Of a stretch of 64,000 nt of DNA, positions 1 to 50,900 are shown piece by piece. The first letter of the stretch is position 1; the number at the start of each line of letters is the position of its first letter. Source of the DNA: Podarcis melisellensis. Taxonomy: Eukaryota. The translations under genes were made by a program, and so were the position numbers. Under the pieces are notes generated by a model. The model searched no databases. It was not told the DNA's origin and saw only the letters and a list, made by a program, of their open reading frames with translations. Location: the NCBI GenBank assembly GCA_964234715.1, contig OZ174276.1, one strand, 5' to 3'.

Positions 1-159
1 ATACTGTTGTGAGTTACCTATTTAAAGTGACTGCAACAGCTACTTAAATGGGGCAATCAGCAGTGCTATGCTGAACACCTCCTCCTCTTCCTTGAATAGG
101 AGGGAGTGGATCATGTTGCACATAGTGTTGTGGATGACCTCATTTTGAGTACAGTGGTA

Positions 160-385
160 CAGTGGTACCTCGGGTTACATACGCTTCAGGTTACAGACTC
201 CGCTAACCCAGAAATAGTACCTCGGGTTAAGAACTTTGCTTCAGGATGAGAACAGAAATCGTGCTCTGGTGGCGCAGCGGCAGCAGGAGGCCCCATTAGC
301 TAAAGTGGTGCTTCAGGTTAAGAACAGTTTCAGGTTAAGAATGGACCTCCAGAACGAATTAAGTACTTAACCCGAGGTACCACTG
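160..385. mobile_element. Tigger/Tc-mariner-like MITE, family A
   Basis: TIR CAGTGGTACCTCGGGTTA...TAACCCGAGGTACCACTG with TA flanks; related copies at 18575 and 60893. Confidence 0.9.
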
Positions 386-1551
386 TATGTTGCTGCCACT
401 TTAAAGATGACATTTTTGTCCCATTCTTTTTTCTCCTGACAGACTGCAAAAGTTGGAAACCCTTTTTTCATGAGATAGATAGTTTCATATGTCTCCTTTT
501 TATGCCTCAGCTCTATTTCATTGTGCTTTCTTTTAGAGAAGTTATTTTTAAATGCCAGTCTTTCTACCACATTTCTAACAACTTGAATAGTTTGTTTTAG
601 ATTGTAAGCTCTCTCTAAATTCTAAATCTGGTGGCAAGTAGAACCTATGCTTTCTTTTAGCAAACCATGACAGTGTGTTGGCAAAGCAATAAAACCTATA
701 TTATGCAAATTTTCTGTATTCACATTTCTTTTTTTATGAGCAAGACTTACTGTGGACATTTTTTTAATCTCTGGCATCCCAGCATCTGAAGTCTCACTCT
801 CTATTTCAAGCACTTCAATTATATGGTTGAAACAGTTACATTTTTTACCATTTTACACTTTTATAGCTCTCTGGTGAAAGCATGTAAGCAAAGTTATTTA
901 CAAAAATAATTATGAAAAGGTCTAAAATTGATCCATCCTATGGTTTCACTTTTGTTGCATTTTGGTGATTAGTTTCTAGTTCTAGTTTACTTTGTCTTTA
1001 GTTGATGTGTTGTCTCCTCTTGTAGGAAAATTTTCATTATGATACTGAAGCAAAACAAGGTCAACTAATAATAACTCTGTGACCTATATATCAACAATTA
1101 GGAATGACTCAAGTGAATTTTCAAGCAACAAAAGGTGTGCTAGAGACTTGGGCTGTGGTTCTATACCCATGTGACATTAAGCCTCCTTCCCAGTTAATTG
1201 GACCTTCTCAGTAGACATGGGTTTTTCTGGGCGGATTGAATACTGAACTATTAATCCTGAGAACCTACTTTTCTGTACTCTGGATATAAGCCCTCATAGA
1301 AAATGGTTGACTAGAAGGAATTAAAGTCTAGTGCTAGGGCAGTCTCTCCCCTCTGTGGCTCTAGCTGTGTTTTGTTGGAGGATGAGCTGCTGTTGGTCTG
1401 ATAGATTTGTCCCAAATTCTGACACTTTAACTGAAAGACATGAGAGTGTGATGTATGTAACTTTAAAATGTTGATCTGGCTTAGTAGATTGCCCTTGGAC
1501 TTGGGAAGTAGCAATAGAAACAAGAGTAAAATAAAAGTGATAGGTCCCAGG

Positions 1552-1777
1552 AAGCTCGCTGGACGCTCGGGTTGTGAACATGATCCGTGTGGGATGCACG
1601 TTTGCAACCCGCAGCATTCGCAACCCGTGTCTGCACATGCTCGGGTTGCAGTTTGGCGCTTCTGTGCATGCGCGACCGCCGAAAACTGGAAGTAACCCGT
1701 TCTGGTACTTCCGGGTTTCGGCGGTCCGCAACCTGAAAAGACACAACCTGAAGTGGCTGTAACCCAAGGTATGACTG
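1552..1777. mobile_element. Tigger-like MITE, family B (left end decayed)
   Basis: Right end AACCCAAGGTATGACTG-TA; internal similarity to 4993 and 60647. Confidence 0.75.
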
Positions 1778-3129
1778 TATAATGATGTTACAGTGTTCAA
1801 GGAGGTGGGGGAAATTGCAGCAGTAAAGGTTGGAAAGCTGATGAGTGAGGGAGTGAGACATTTACGCCTTTGAGGGTGCAGTAAACCTGGGGTCACCATG
1901 GTAGAGGCATAGGAAGCAATAAATGACATGAGCACCTTTTGTGATTGAAATGGTCACATCCAAATGGATTACAAGTGTAAGAAGTGTTTTGCTTAAGCAT
2001 TGGATGTGTATTCTAGATCAGCCAACCCTGCTGCTGGCTGATAACTACCTCAGGATCAATCCTGGGTTAAGCATCCCCAGTTGACGCACACCAAATAAGA
2101 GTGACCCCTCCAGAATGCCAGTTGGGGTGTTCTGTGGCCTGTTAGCTCCCATCTGGGCATATGGACAGAATCCTTCCCCTTGGGAACAGTTTACCAGGGT
2201 ACCATGATACTTTCATTCAGAGGAGAGAGGGGATAAGGCTCCTTTCCACACCCACACCCCGCTTAGACTAAGGATCCAACCCAGTGCTTTTTTCTGCCAA
2301 CAAGTTATGACAATTAGTCTACAGGGAAATTCCTCCCTGTCCTTGACTATGACAACCAATTCAATCCACTGCAAATATATACAGGTTGGGAGGGTGGGAT
2401 GTCTGATGCCGACTGCATTGCTGGAAGGCAGCACAGCTGTCTTTTAAGTTCTGGAGGCAGACCTGAGTGAAGACGGGCTTACTCAGGTCTGTCTCCAAAT
2501 TCCTGCCCCACAGTCTGGCCTCTAATTGACCAGTTAAAATTCTGATGGTAGTCTCATCACTCCCCATGGCTGACTGATAACGCCTGCCAGCCAACCATGT
2601 GGATGGTTTTGCCTCTCCCCAGCTCACCCACTGGAAGTTTTAAAGATTTTATCAATGAAGGTCGGTGCAGGGTGCCAACATGGGTCTCTACAGATTACCA
2701 ATGGATGAGGCACGGTAGAGATCTACAGTGCATGGCTAAGCTTAAGTTAAGACATTGATCCAACACATGACACACTCCTTGTGCTCTCCTGAAGAGCGAA
2801 GCAGGCACAACTATTTGCCATCCTGAGCCTGGGCAAGCAATTTTGTTCTGCTTCATAGAGTTTGAGGCTACAGTGTTTGTTTGAGCAGGTGCTGTTGCCT
2901 CTGCATCTTTGGAGATGGTGGCAAAGTCAATGGAGATGGCTCACTCTTGGACTTAACTCCAGCTGCCTCACCAGAAGGAGAGGCTTTTTCCCCTAACAGT
3001 AGAAGGCACCAGGGTTACATGAACAGATGGTGACATTACGCTTGGGATAGTTAATATCACAGGGGTGGGCCGCTCTCCTAACACTCTGGGTGCTGATGAG
3101 GGGCTGAAATGGGAAGGGGGTTAAGAAAA

Positions 3130-3243
3130 TTCCTAGTGATGGCAGCCCTGTATCGGGAAAGTTTTAATGTCTGATGTGTTACAATTTTTAATATATGCTG
3201 TAAGCGGCCCAGAGTGGATGGGGAAACCTAGCCAGATGGGTGG

Positions 3244-3286
<43 letters not shown>

Positions 3287-3293
3287 GTAATAA
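3130..3293 (+). mobile_element. 3' end of an L2/CR1-clade LINE with (TAA)n tail
   Basis: GTAAGCGGCCCAGAGTGG...GCCAGATGGGTGGGG followed by about (TAA)13; the tail causes the poly-Ile ORFs. Confidence 0.65.
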
Positions 3294-3549
3294 TTTGTTT
3301 GGCCTTTTGGATCCCAGCCTTTGTTCTAGATCTCAGTGGGAGGTACTGAAAGCTCAACCAAATCCTGTCTGTGTAGCCACACCATTTTATCTGTATATTT
3401 CCTGGTTTGGATTCCATTGTTTTTTGTGATGTTAATATGGGACAAAACCTTTGGGAATTATTCTTGTGTCTACCTAAGTGAAACGTTCCCCAGTATTACT
3501 ACTGTGATTATATGCGATTATGTGTGATTTTCTCTTCTAACTTTGATAG

Positions 3550-42985
<39,436 letters not shown>

Positions 42986-43769
42986 TTGAAAACGGTCAAT
43001 ATTAGGAAAACAAGTTCTTCAGAGCAGTAGATACAACGGCGGAAGGAACTGCTTTCACAGCAACTTGAAAAGTCAGGATTGTGGAAGCGTTTTTTCAGAA
43101 GCTGTGTGCAGAAGGGGTTTTAAACTCAAATGTATGTTAACAAAACAAAAGTCGATATTTCTAGTCACTCCTTAATCTCTAACCACAAGATGGCAGTTTG
43201 GCCACATGATATTCTCTTGTCTTTCATGTTCAGTATGTATGCTGATGTTTTGTGTTTCTTTCCCTGAACTGGATTAAACATCTATTGGAAAGAGCATCCT
43301 ACCAGCATTTCCTGTATAGTCCATCTTCTTCAGCTGTTAGCTTGATTTACAGTGAATATTTAATGCACTAGTAATGCAATTTGTATGCACTAAGGGACTT
43401 TATCCTGTCAAATGAAATTATGTACCACTGTTTTGTTAGAAGAACCAATGCATAACTCCAGTTGCTGTGCACAGATGGGCAGCTAAGCAAAAAGGTTTGT
43501 TTGTATGCTTGGTATGTTAGCAGAGCAATGTGGCACAATGATGTTCAGGAAAGGGACTATTGATGTTCTTGGCATGTGTGAAGGGCACCAAAACAATGGG
43601 ATCATAACCTAAATTCATTGTGTGATTTCAACTGGAAAAATGTTACCTCTATAAACAGGAAGTACAGCTGACTCTCCTGTCCCACCACCAATTTGATATG
43701 AAAACTCTCAGCCTGCCATACAATAACATTATCTGGCAGTGCTCACAGATACTGACTCTTTTAATTTAG

Positions 43770-43775
43770 TTTATT
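43770..43775 (-). terminator. Candidate AATAAA polyadenylation signal for B3GNTL1
   Basis: TTTATT on + strand. A variant ATTAAA on minus at 44767-44772 is an alternative. Confidence 0.35.
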
Positions 43776-44033
43776 ATATATTACAAATAATAATATAGCA
43801 CCCTTCAGTTCTATTCCTAGGGTACTTTACAAAAAACCAAAGCTAAATACCAGAAAAGCAGCCGAGAAACAGTCTGCAGGTTTAAAACTGTGTCTGAAAA
43901 GCCTGGGGATGTTTTTTAAATATCCTACCTGGAGCTACCAGGGCAATAAGCTGCTGTGAGCAGCATCCAAATAATGTTTTTGGAAATGTTATTTCCCCCC
44001 CCACCCATTTTTGGCTATGCAAAAATGGTACGA

Positions 44034-44039
44034 AATAAA
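44034..44039 (+). terminator. Candidate AATAAA polyadenylation signal for TBCD
   Basis: First AATAAA I found 3' of the TBCD stop. A variant ATTAAA at 43273-43278 is an alternative. Confidence 0.35.
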
Positions 44040-44879
44040 TTTGTCTAGACTGGAGAACCAATGTGAGCGCCTCCCTCTGATACAGAGGAACAACCAGCAA
44101 GGTTATGTAGAAGTAGTTCTTGTTACCACAATGGACTTCACTACTATGGAACAGGAGTGCCCTAAATGACTAGTTAATCTCACAATAGGGGAAAAAAATA
44201 TAATGGAGACCATTTCCAAGCACATTTATGTAAATTATATTCTGATTCTCATGTTCGACTTTTACCTAGCCTGAGGATAACGTGTAGCCTCTTTAAGCCT
44301 GCATATAAACCACATGCATCACACAGCCTCCAGCTCTCCCTGCCCATGCTGGAATTACACAGGCCCTCACCACTTCTTGATACAAGGGCCGACTGAAAAT
44401 GCACCCTTCTAAAAAACAATGCAAGAACAATTGGGTGTGTGTCCCCTACAATGTTAGACGTTTCAGCGTGTTAGCTGGGGTAGGGTGGGGAATCATCAAA
44501 GTTGTGACTTGTCTCATTTCACCCAAAGTGCAGGTTGTAATGGATCAGCAGGATCTCATCCTGCTATTCCTTTACAATGTGTGAATAGTGCAAAGGAATG
44601 ATATCCTTGAAACGCTAGCAACTCTGAGGGAAACTCCTTCTGTACACCTTCAGATCGAGAGCAGCATTCACAGAACAGAGTTTAGATTGTATACTAAGCT
44701 TTGCTGTCATTCCACCATCACCTGTCCCCCTCCTTTTTTTTAGGGAATACAAGTAGTATTTCACCTTTTAATTTACTAATACCTGTTTTGAGGAATTCCC
44801 TTGGAGGTGGGGGCAGAAACAGTCTAGCGTCTCCTCTGGTTTGTCTAGCAACATAAAGCCTTCCAGTGCGCCACATTCT

Positions 44880-44960
44880 TCAGTTAAAATGATAATAATC
44901 CACAGCTTCCTTCAGATTCAACAGATTCAAGTTTTCCTCAAACTGTCCACCTGTCAAATC
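44880..44960 (-). CDS. B3GNTL1: B3GNTL1 terminal coding exon: [26 protein letters not shown]
   Basis: Minus strand gacag|GAT...AAC TGA, 81 nt. Confidence 0.95.
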   Translation of the reverse strand, partial: DLTGGQFEENLNLLNLKEAVDYYHFN

Positions 44961-47900
44961 CTGTCAAAACAAAAGATCAATTAATTGAATCTGTCTGACA
45001 TACTTAGATTTCAAAGACCCTTCTTTACAGGAGTGTATATAGTTGGTTTTCTTTTTGTCTGGTTGGTTGGTTGTAAGTCACTCTGGGTTGATGTGGGCAA
45101 GTTAAAGACTGTACTAAGAGATACCGATAATAGTTTGCTCTCTCTTCCTTCTCAACCCTCGCTTCTTTTCCTGCCCCGAAACTATGTAAATCCTCTAGCA
45201 TGAAACCACATCATTTCCGTGATCCAAGCATACAATATTAATGTTTAGTCACAGCAACAGTCATTGTCAGTTGAACTGAGTCCAATACGGGTGTGTAGGA
45301 TTCTCTTCCTAACATGCTGAGCTTGTAGGAACATTTCGACTACAATCACACTGCAAAGTCCAATAATTTAAGGACTTAAAACTTGAGCATTTCCCATTTC
45401 ATGCCCTTTTACTGTATGGGGGATACCTGCATATCTTACTGGTAAGCCTGAAGGGAGTTTATTGTCAGTCCAGGATATTTTAGGGGAGGGGGATGCAAGT
45501 CTGAAATAAATTTGATCCATGTTATAACCATTGCTATCTATTAATAGAGGTTTCATTATTCCAGATAAGAAATGACCACAGAGCATAGCCAGAGGCTTCC
45601 AGCAGTACAATGGGTCATATAAATACTGGCTTATCAGAACACATCAGGTCTCCCATCCCTCTTGACCAGCGGTTCTCAACCTGTGGGTCCCCAGATGTTG
45701 TTGGACTACAACTCCCATCATCCTTGAGCTCTGGCCTTGCTAGGTAGGGATGATGGGAGTTGTAGTCCAACAACATCTGGGGAGTTTTGACACTTGCACA
45801 TGCTAATGACATTGCTGTCCCCCACCCCCAGGACATATAGAACTCTACATATTCTGTGACCTACCCCCATGTCCTTTATGGAGTAATGTAGGGGGAGAGA
45901 AGACTTACACTGCTTTGAAGCTTTGTGCTTGAACAGTATCAGCATAAACCTTAGAATGTGCTGTAGCACAGTTCTGATCAGGCACTATCCCTTCCCGTGA
46001 ATGACTTGGGGGTGGGATTCCATCTGTTGCAGAACAGGTAACAGCAAATGTCCCAGCACCTGATGTTCTGTTATACCCAAACAACGACGATGGATTCAAT
46101 ACTAGGTAATTGGTAGGTCAAGAAGAATGCAAGGCCCTTAATTTGACCAGGAAGTGAGCTACACCAGCTTTCATGGTGATAGTGATTTCAACAGAATGCA
46201 TAAAAGCAAGTAGGATAGCAAAGGGTAGAGGTTAAAAATGGACAGAGATGGGCTAAGGTGAAGGAAAATCTGTTGCTATTACCGGAACTACTGTCTTGCA
46301 GATGAGGACCTAGACCTACGGGGGGGGGGCACGACAACCCAATAGCAGAACTACATTTTTGACCCACAGATGCTACTTTTCAAGCGACTTAAATAACATT
46401 CTGATGACAGCTCAACATATTAGTGATTTGGTGGATTTTGCATAATGAATGGGTTCTTTATTGAGAGCTGCTTTCACCAAGCAACTGGACTATTAACTCT
46501 GGCTACTGGTGATTCCTCCAAATCCTACCTACTGTATGAAGGTAGGATTCCTCCAAATCCTACCTACTGTATGAAGAGGAACTTTGTGCCTACTTGCCAT
46601 CCTGCACAGTCTAATGTGATGATCCCCTCCACCCAACCTTGTGATTGGCAAGAAAAGCAGATGACATCATTCGCAACTTCAGCGTTTCTCTTGAGCCTTT
46701 AATTTCAGGGTGCTTGTAATTTATGTTTCCAGTGGGATTAGCCTTAAATAATACTCCATCATTAAGATTAGTAACAACAAAGGAGCTACTGCTTCTGAGT
46801 ATGAATAAAGGGTAATGTAACTCTTTTGAAAAGTACGACACTAACATGAAGCTTTGCCTTAATTCGATAGTCCCAAAGTGCATGCAAATTATACAGATGA
46901 CAGGAGAACATACCTGCATGGAAGCCTTTACAAAGCTGGATTCTAGTTGCTACTTGGAGATCCTACAGCAATTTCCACCACTTAACAAAGCGTGTTCCCA
47001 TATTAAACCATGGCATGCGACGGTGAGCCTTCTCTCTTAACACAATCCTTACAGAGCTGCATACAATATCTTCAACCTAAAAACCTTTTGAATCACAGAA
47101 TTCAAGACATTGTGCTACCTCAAAAATCTGCCCTATTATTAAGCTTCAACTGCGTGGACAAAGAACTGGAAAAGTTGGGTGATGATTGTGCACTTCTCTC
47201 TCTGAATTTGACCAAACACAAAAGGAGTGCATAGTCAAACTGGATTAAGGGCAACAGCAAAAAAAATTCTGCTTTGTAAGTGGATAGACTTTAAAGACAT
47301 GCACAATGAAACACGGAGAGCAACATTCTCTGCTTGATCCAGCTGAAACCCTTTGCCTTCACGTGCTGAATATTTTTTTTACTGAATACCCAGTAGGGTG
47401 TGCACTGGGTAATTCTTCCTACCAAGCAAGACTTTAAAGAGAATGCCAAAACAAGCTAGCCAGGAGCTGCTTTCAGGATGGAAGGTGCGCCGCACAGCTG
47501 GCAATTGTAGAAGTTCCACCCATAGGTTTAAACTGTTTCCAAAGCAAACAGGCCAGGCCTTATAGTCATCCAAAGCTAAACGAGAGCCTGTTTCTCACAT
47601 CTTAACACATAATCTCTGACAGACCATTCATTCCTGGGGGTGGAAAAACCCTATTTCTCTCAACCCAAAATGTAGATACTTGCTTCTGGATAATTTCGCC
47701 AGGACAGCCAGGTTCCTTCAAAGACAGAGTCTTAATGAGATTCTCCATTGCTAAGTATCTTATTCACAAAGACCTTACAACTTAGTGAGGCCTGCCAGTT
47801 TGGTGACACAAAGCCAGATAGCCTTGTGAAGTGAAACTCAGTAAAGATGAGAGTGTGGCAACATGACCAAGTCTGCTGACCTTTTAAAGCCTTGGTCACT

Positions 47901-50900
47901 CCCTGTCTATAAGAACTGAAATTCAGGGATTCCTTATATGTGGTACCATATAATTCCATAGCAAGGACTCTTGATATTGGGGTTCCTGCGACAACTTACT
48001 CACTGAACTAGGCACAAACCAAAACTGGGGCAGAATGGAAACAAAAGCTGTATTTTTATTAACAAACTCAATGAGGGATGAAGCTTGATGGTTTCACTAT
48101 TAAAGGCACAATACTTATTTTCAGTAAGAAATGCTGTTTCGGGTTTACACAATAACTTAACTTACAATTCCCCACACAGAACTGCTTCTATTAAATCTAT
48201 TTCTTCCTAGTATGGCTATCCACTTTTACTCTGCCCATAAAACACCTCTAGCACTTTTCTAGGTACTTTCCCCCCATGTGAGGAAACTGAACTGCTTTAT
48301 CCTGCTTCAAAAACCCCTCAGCAGGCCCTGCCTGCCAGTTAAGCTGTCAAATTCTCTTTTTACCATCCGCATCTCCTGATTGGCCACTTTTCCTCCCTGT
48401 CATGATTGACTAATAGTCAATCGCAAGCCCCCTAAGTCAGAGTACTGCACATTATGTGCTGTCATGGAGGCATGCCACATACCTGGGCGAATGCCCATAA
48501 AATTGCACCCCAGCACTCCTGTGGTGCAGCTCTGCAATCTATAGGGGTGCAATTGGCCCTGGAGTTTAGGGGCCCAGTTATAGACTCATACTAAACCATT
48601 AATAAAACCTAACAATTCCATTAGTCTCAGCCAGTGCTGCATTAAATATTTATAGATCAACACACTCCTGTGACCTTTTCGTAGTTCACACCCTTGTTAC
48701 TACATGACAGTAATCTGGCATAGCTTCCACTTCTGAACTGGCAAGATAAATGGAGTGAGTGAATGTCTAGTCATTCTGTGCTTTTAAGCTTCTACCGTAA
48801 TTTCTGAGGCCCAAAGCAGATGGGGGGGGGGAGGAGATGCTGAATAAAAACTGGCCGGGGGGGGGGTGCCTCAGCTACTTTCATACTGAAAAAGTATGTG
48901 ACAAAACAAAATCTAGCCTATGATATTTAAAAGGAAACTTGGTGGAAATTATGCAGAAAGGAAGGGTGGTGACAGGAAAAAAAACCAGTATAACTGGCAC
49001 TTGGAAATTACGATTTATAGATATTAAAAATTATGTCCCCCTGCTCCCCTGCCCATTAGCAAGGGAGATTACGATGGAAGCAATGGCAGAGCACATGCTC
49101 TGCACGTACACAGCCTTAGGTATAAATCCCTGCCATCTCCTATTCAAAAGATGTCTTTTGTAGCAGGACTCGGAAAGCCTTTCGCCTTTGCCCTTGAGGA
49201 GCCATTGCTTATCCCAGCATGTGGTGAGCAGGATCAGCTGGGTTCATGACAATCAGCAGGGTTGCATGGATCTCATCCCTGGGCTGGGGGCGGCATAGCT
49301 AATGGATCGAGATGCAAAGTATTCCATGAGGTCTAACCTGCAATGGAAGGTTTGGAAGGAAATGCACTTGGTACAGACTCCTCTGCATCTGGACCAGGAC
49401 CCTGCTAAGACTATATGGCTAACAACGCTGGAAGTGCTAGAGATGTTCAGGATGCCCAAGGCTAGCTATCCAGGCTTCACTAGACCCTCTTCCCCAGGCA
49501 CCTCCTAAGGAGTTATCGCTGATTTCTATGTAATTAAGTAGTATAGTTTTTACTGTGGCTGGAAGAACTTGATAAATCCGGAAATGGGCTGGCCATGCTG
49601 TGTATGCTTTTTAACCTACTGGTAGTAAAACATAAATGTGGCAGTCGCATGTGAGTGCATAACCCAGATGACAACAACAACAACAAATCAATCATCAATC
49701 ACTTGCTACTGCCTTCCACGTTTGGCACATTGCAGTTAAAAATACAGACGATAAAGGTAAAGGTAAAGGTACCCCTGCCCGTACGGGCCAGTCTTGACAG
49801 ACTCTGGGGTTGTGCGCCCATCTCACTTAAGAGGCCAGGGGCCAGCGCTGTCCGGAGACACTTCCGGGTCACGTGGCCAGTGTGACAAAGCTGCATCTGG
49901 CGAGCCAGAGCTGCACACGGAAACGCCGTTTACCTTCCCGCTGGTAAGCGGTCCCTATTTATCTACTTGCACCCGGAGGTGCTTTCGAACTGCTAGGTTG
50001 GCAGGCGCTGGGACCGAGCAGCGGGAGCGCACCCCGCAGCAGGGATTCGAACTGCTGACCTTTCGATCAGCAAGTCCTAGGCGCTGAGGCTTTAACCCAC
50101 AGCGCCACCTGTGTCCAAATCCAGGACTGATTTGGGTCATGTGAGTGTCTGGGTACACCAAAACCATACAAGCTTAAGGCACCTGATTAAAGGTCAGATC
50201 AGAGCTTTGCAAACTTTTCATGTCTGTTACATACTTTTTAGACATGCATCATTTCACGACACAGTAATTCAATTTTACTAGCAAACTGGAAGTTCAACTA
50301 ACCCCTTCCCAGCCCACGTGTCGCGACACACAGTTTGGAAAGCTCTGGGTCAGATCATTCAGCGACCAAGGATACTACAAGGTTAAGCTTTATGATACAT
50401 GGCTCAGTGGGCCATAAGCAGGGATCAAACAAAAGGAGGGTAGAGAAAGCAAACACCACACTGAATCTGGGGAATGTTTTAAAACTGAAACTAACAACTC
50501 ACACCACCACATCTGCCAAAAATATTTAAAAAAACCTAAGTCCTCTTTATCTTCATCTATCATATACAAGCTATGCTGCTTCTCATCAAATGAACACTTA
50601 TGTCCAATTCCTCTCTTGCCTCTACTTTCTGACTTTATTTTACTACCAGAGAACTTGCGTCTCTTCTATTTGCAGCAGTTTTAGTACTCATTCCCTTTCA
50701 TTAGTATGTCTCAACTTTTTCAGAATCCTCTCCAGGTTGCCAGCATGTTTCTTGAACTGTGGTGTCCAAAATGAAACACTGCAAAGCAAGTGTACTGTTG
50801 CTTGCCCAATGCAGCAAAGTCCTGGTTTGCAATACTATCTCCTAGATAAGATGTTGACGTTTAAATGCAGCTTATAATGGATGCAGCTTTTGTGCCGCAA

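Noticed and set aside
1321-1935. 204-aa minus-strand ORF, the longest in the track
   Set aside because: It spans a MITE and intronic DNA, has no recognisable domain and is antisense to a TBCD intron.
1860-3030. Compositionally balanced stretch with faint resemblance to a DIRS/Ngaro gag on the minus strand
   Set aside because: No motif I could confirm by eye; it needs tblastx or RepeatMasker.
3133-3417. Poly-Ile ORFs on both strands
   Set aside because: Translation of the (TAA)n LINE tail.
1-3549. ZNF750, which is nested in a TBCD intron in human
   Set aside because: No matching long ORF; its host intron should lie upstream of this window.
49253-49508. Coding-looking overlapping 68-aa ORFs
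   Set aside because: No recognisable homology or convincing splice context.
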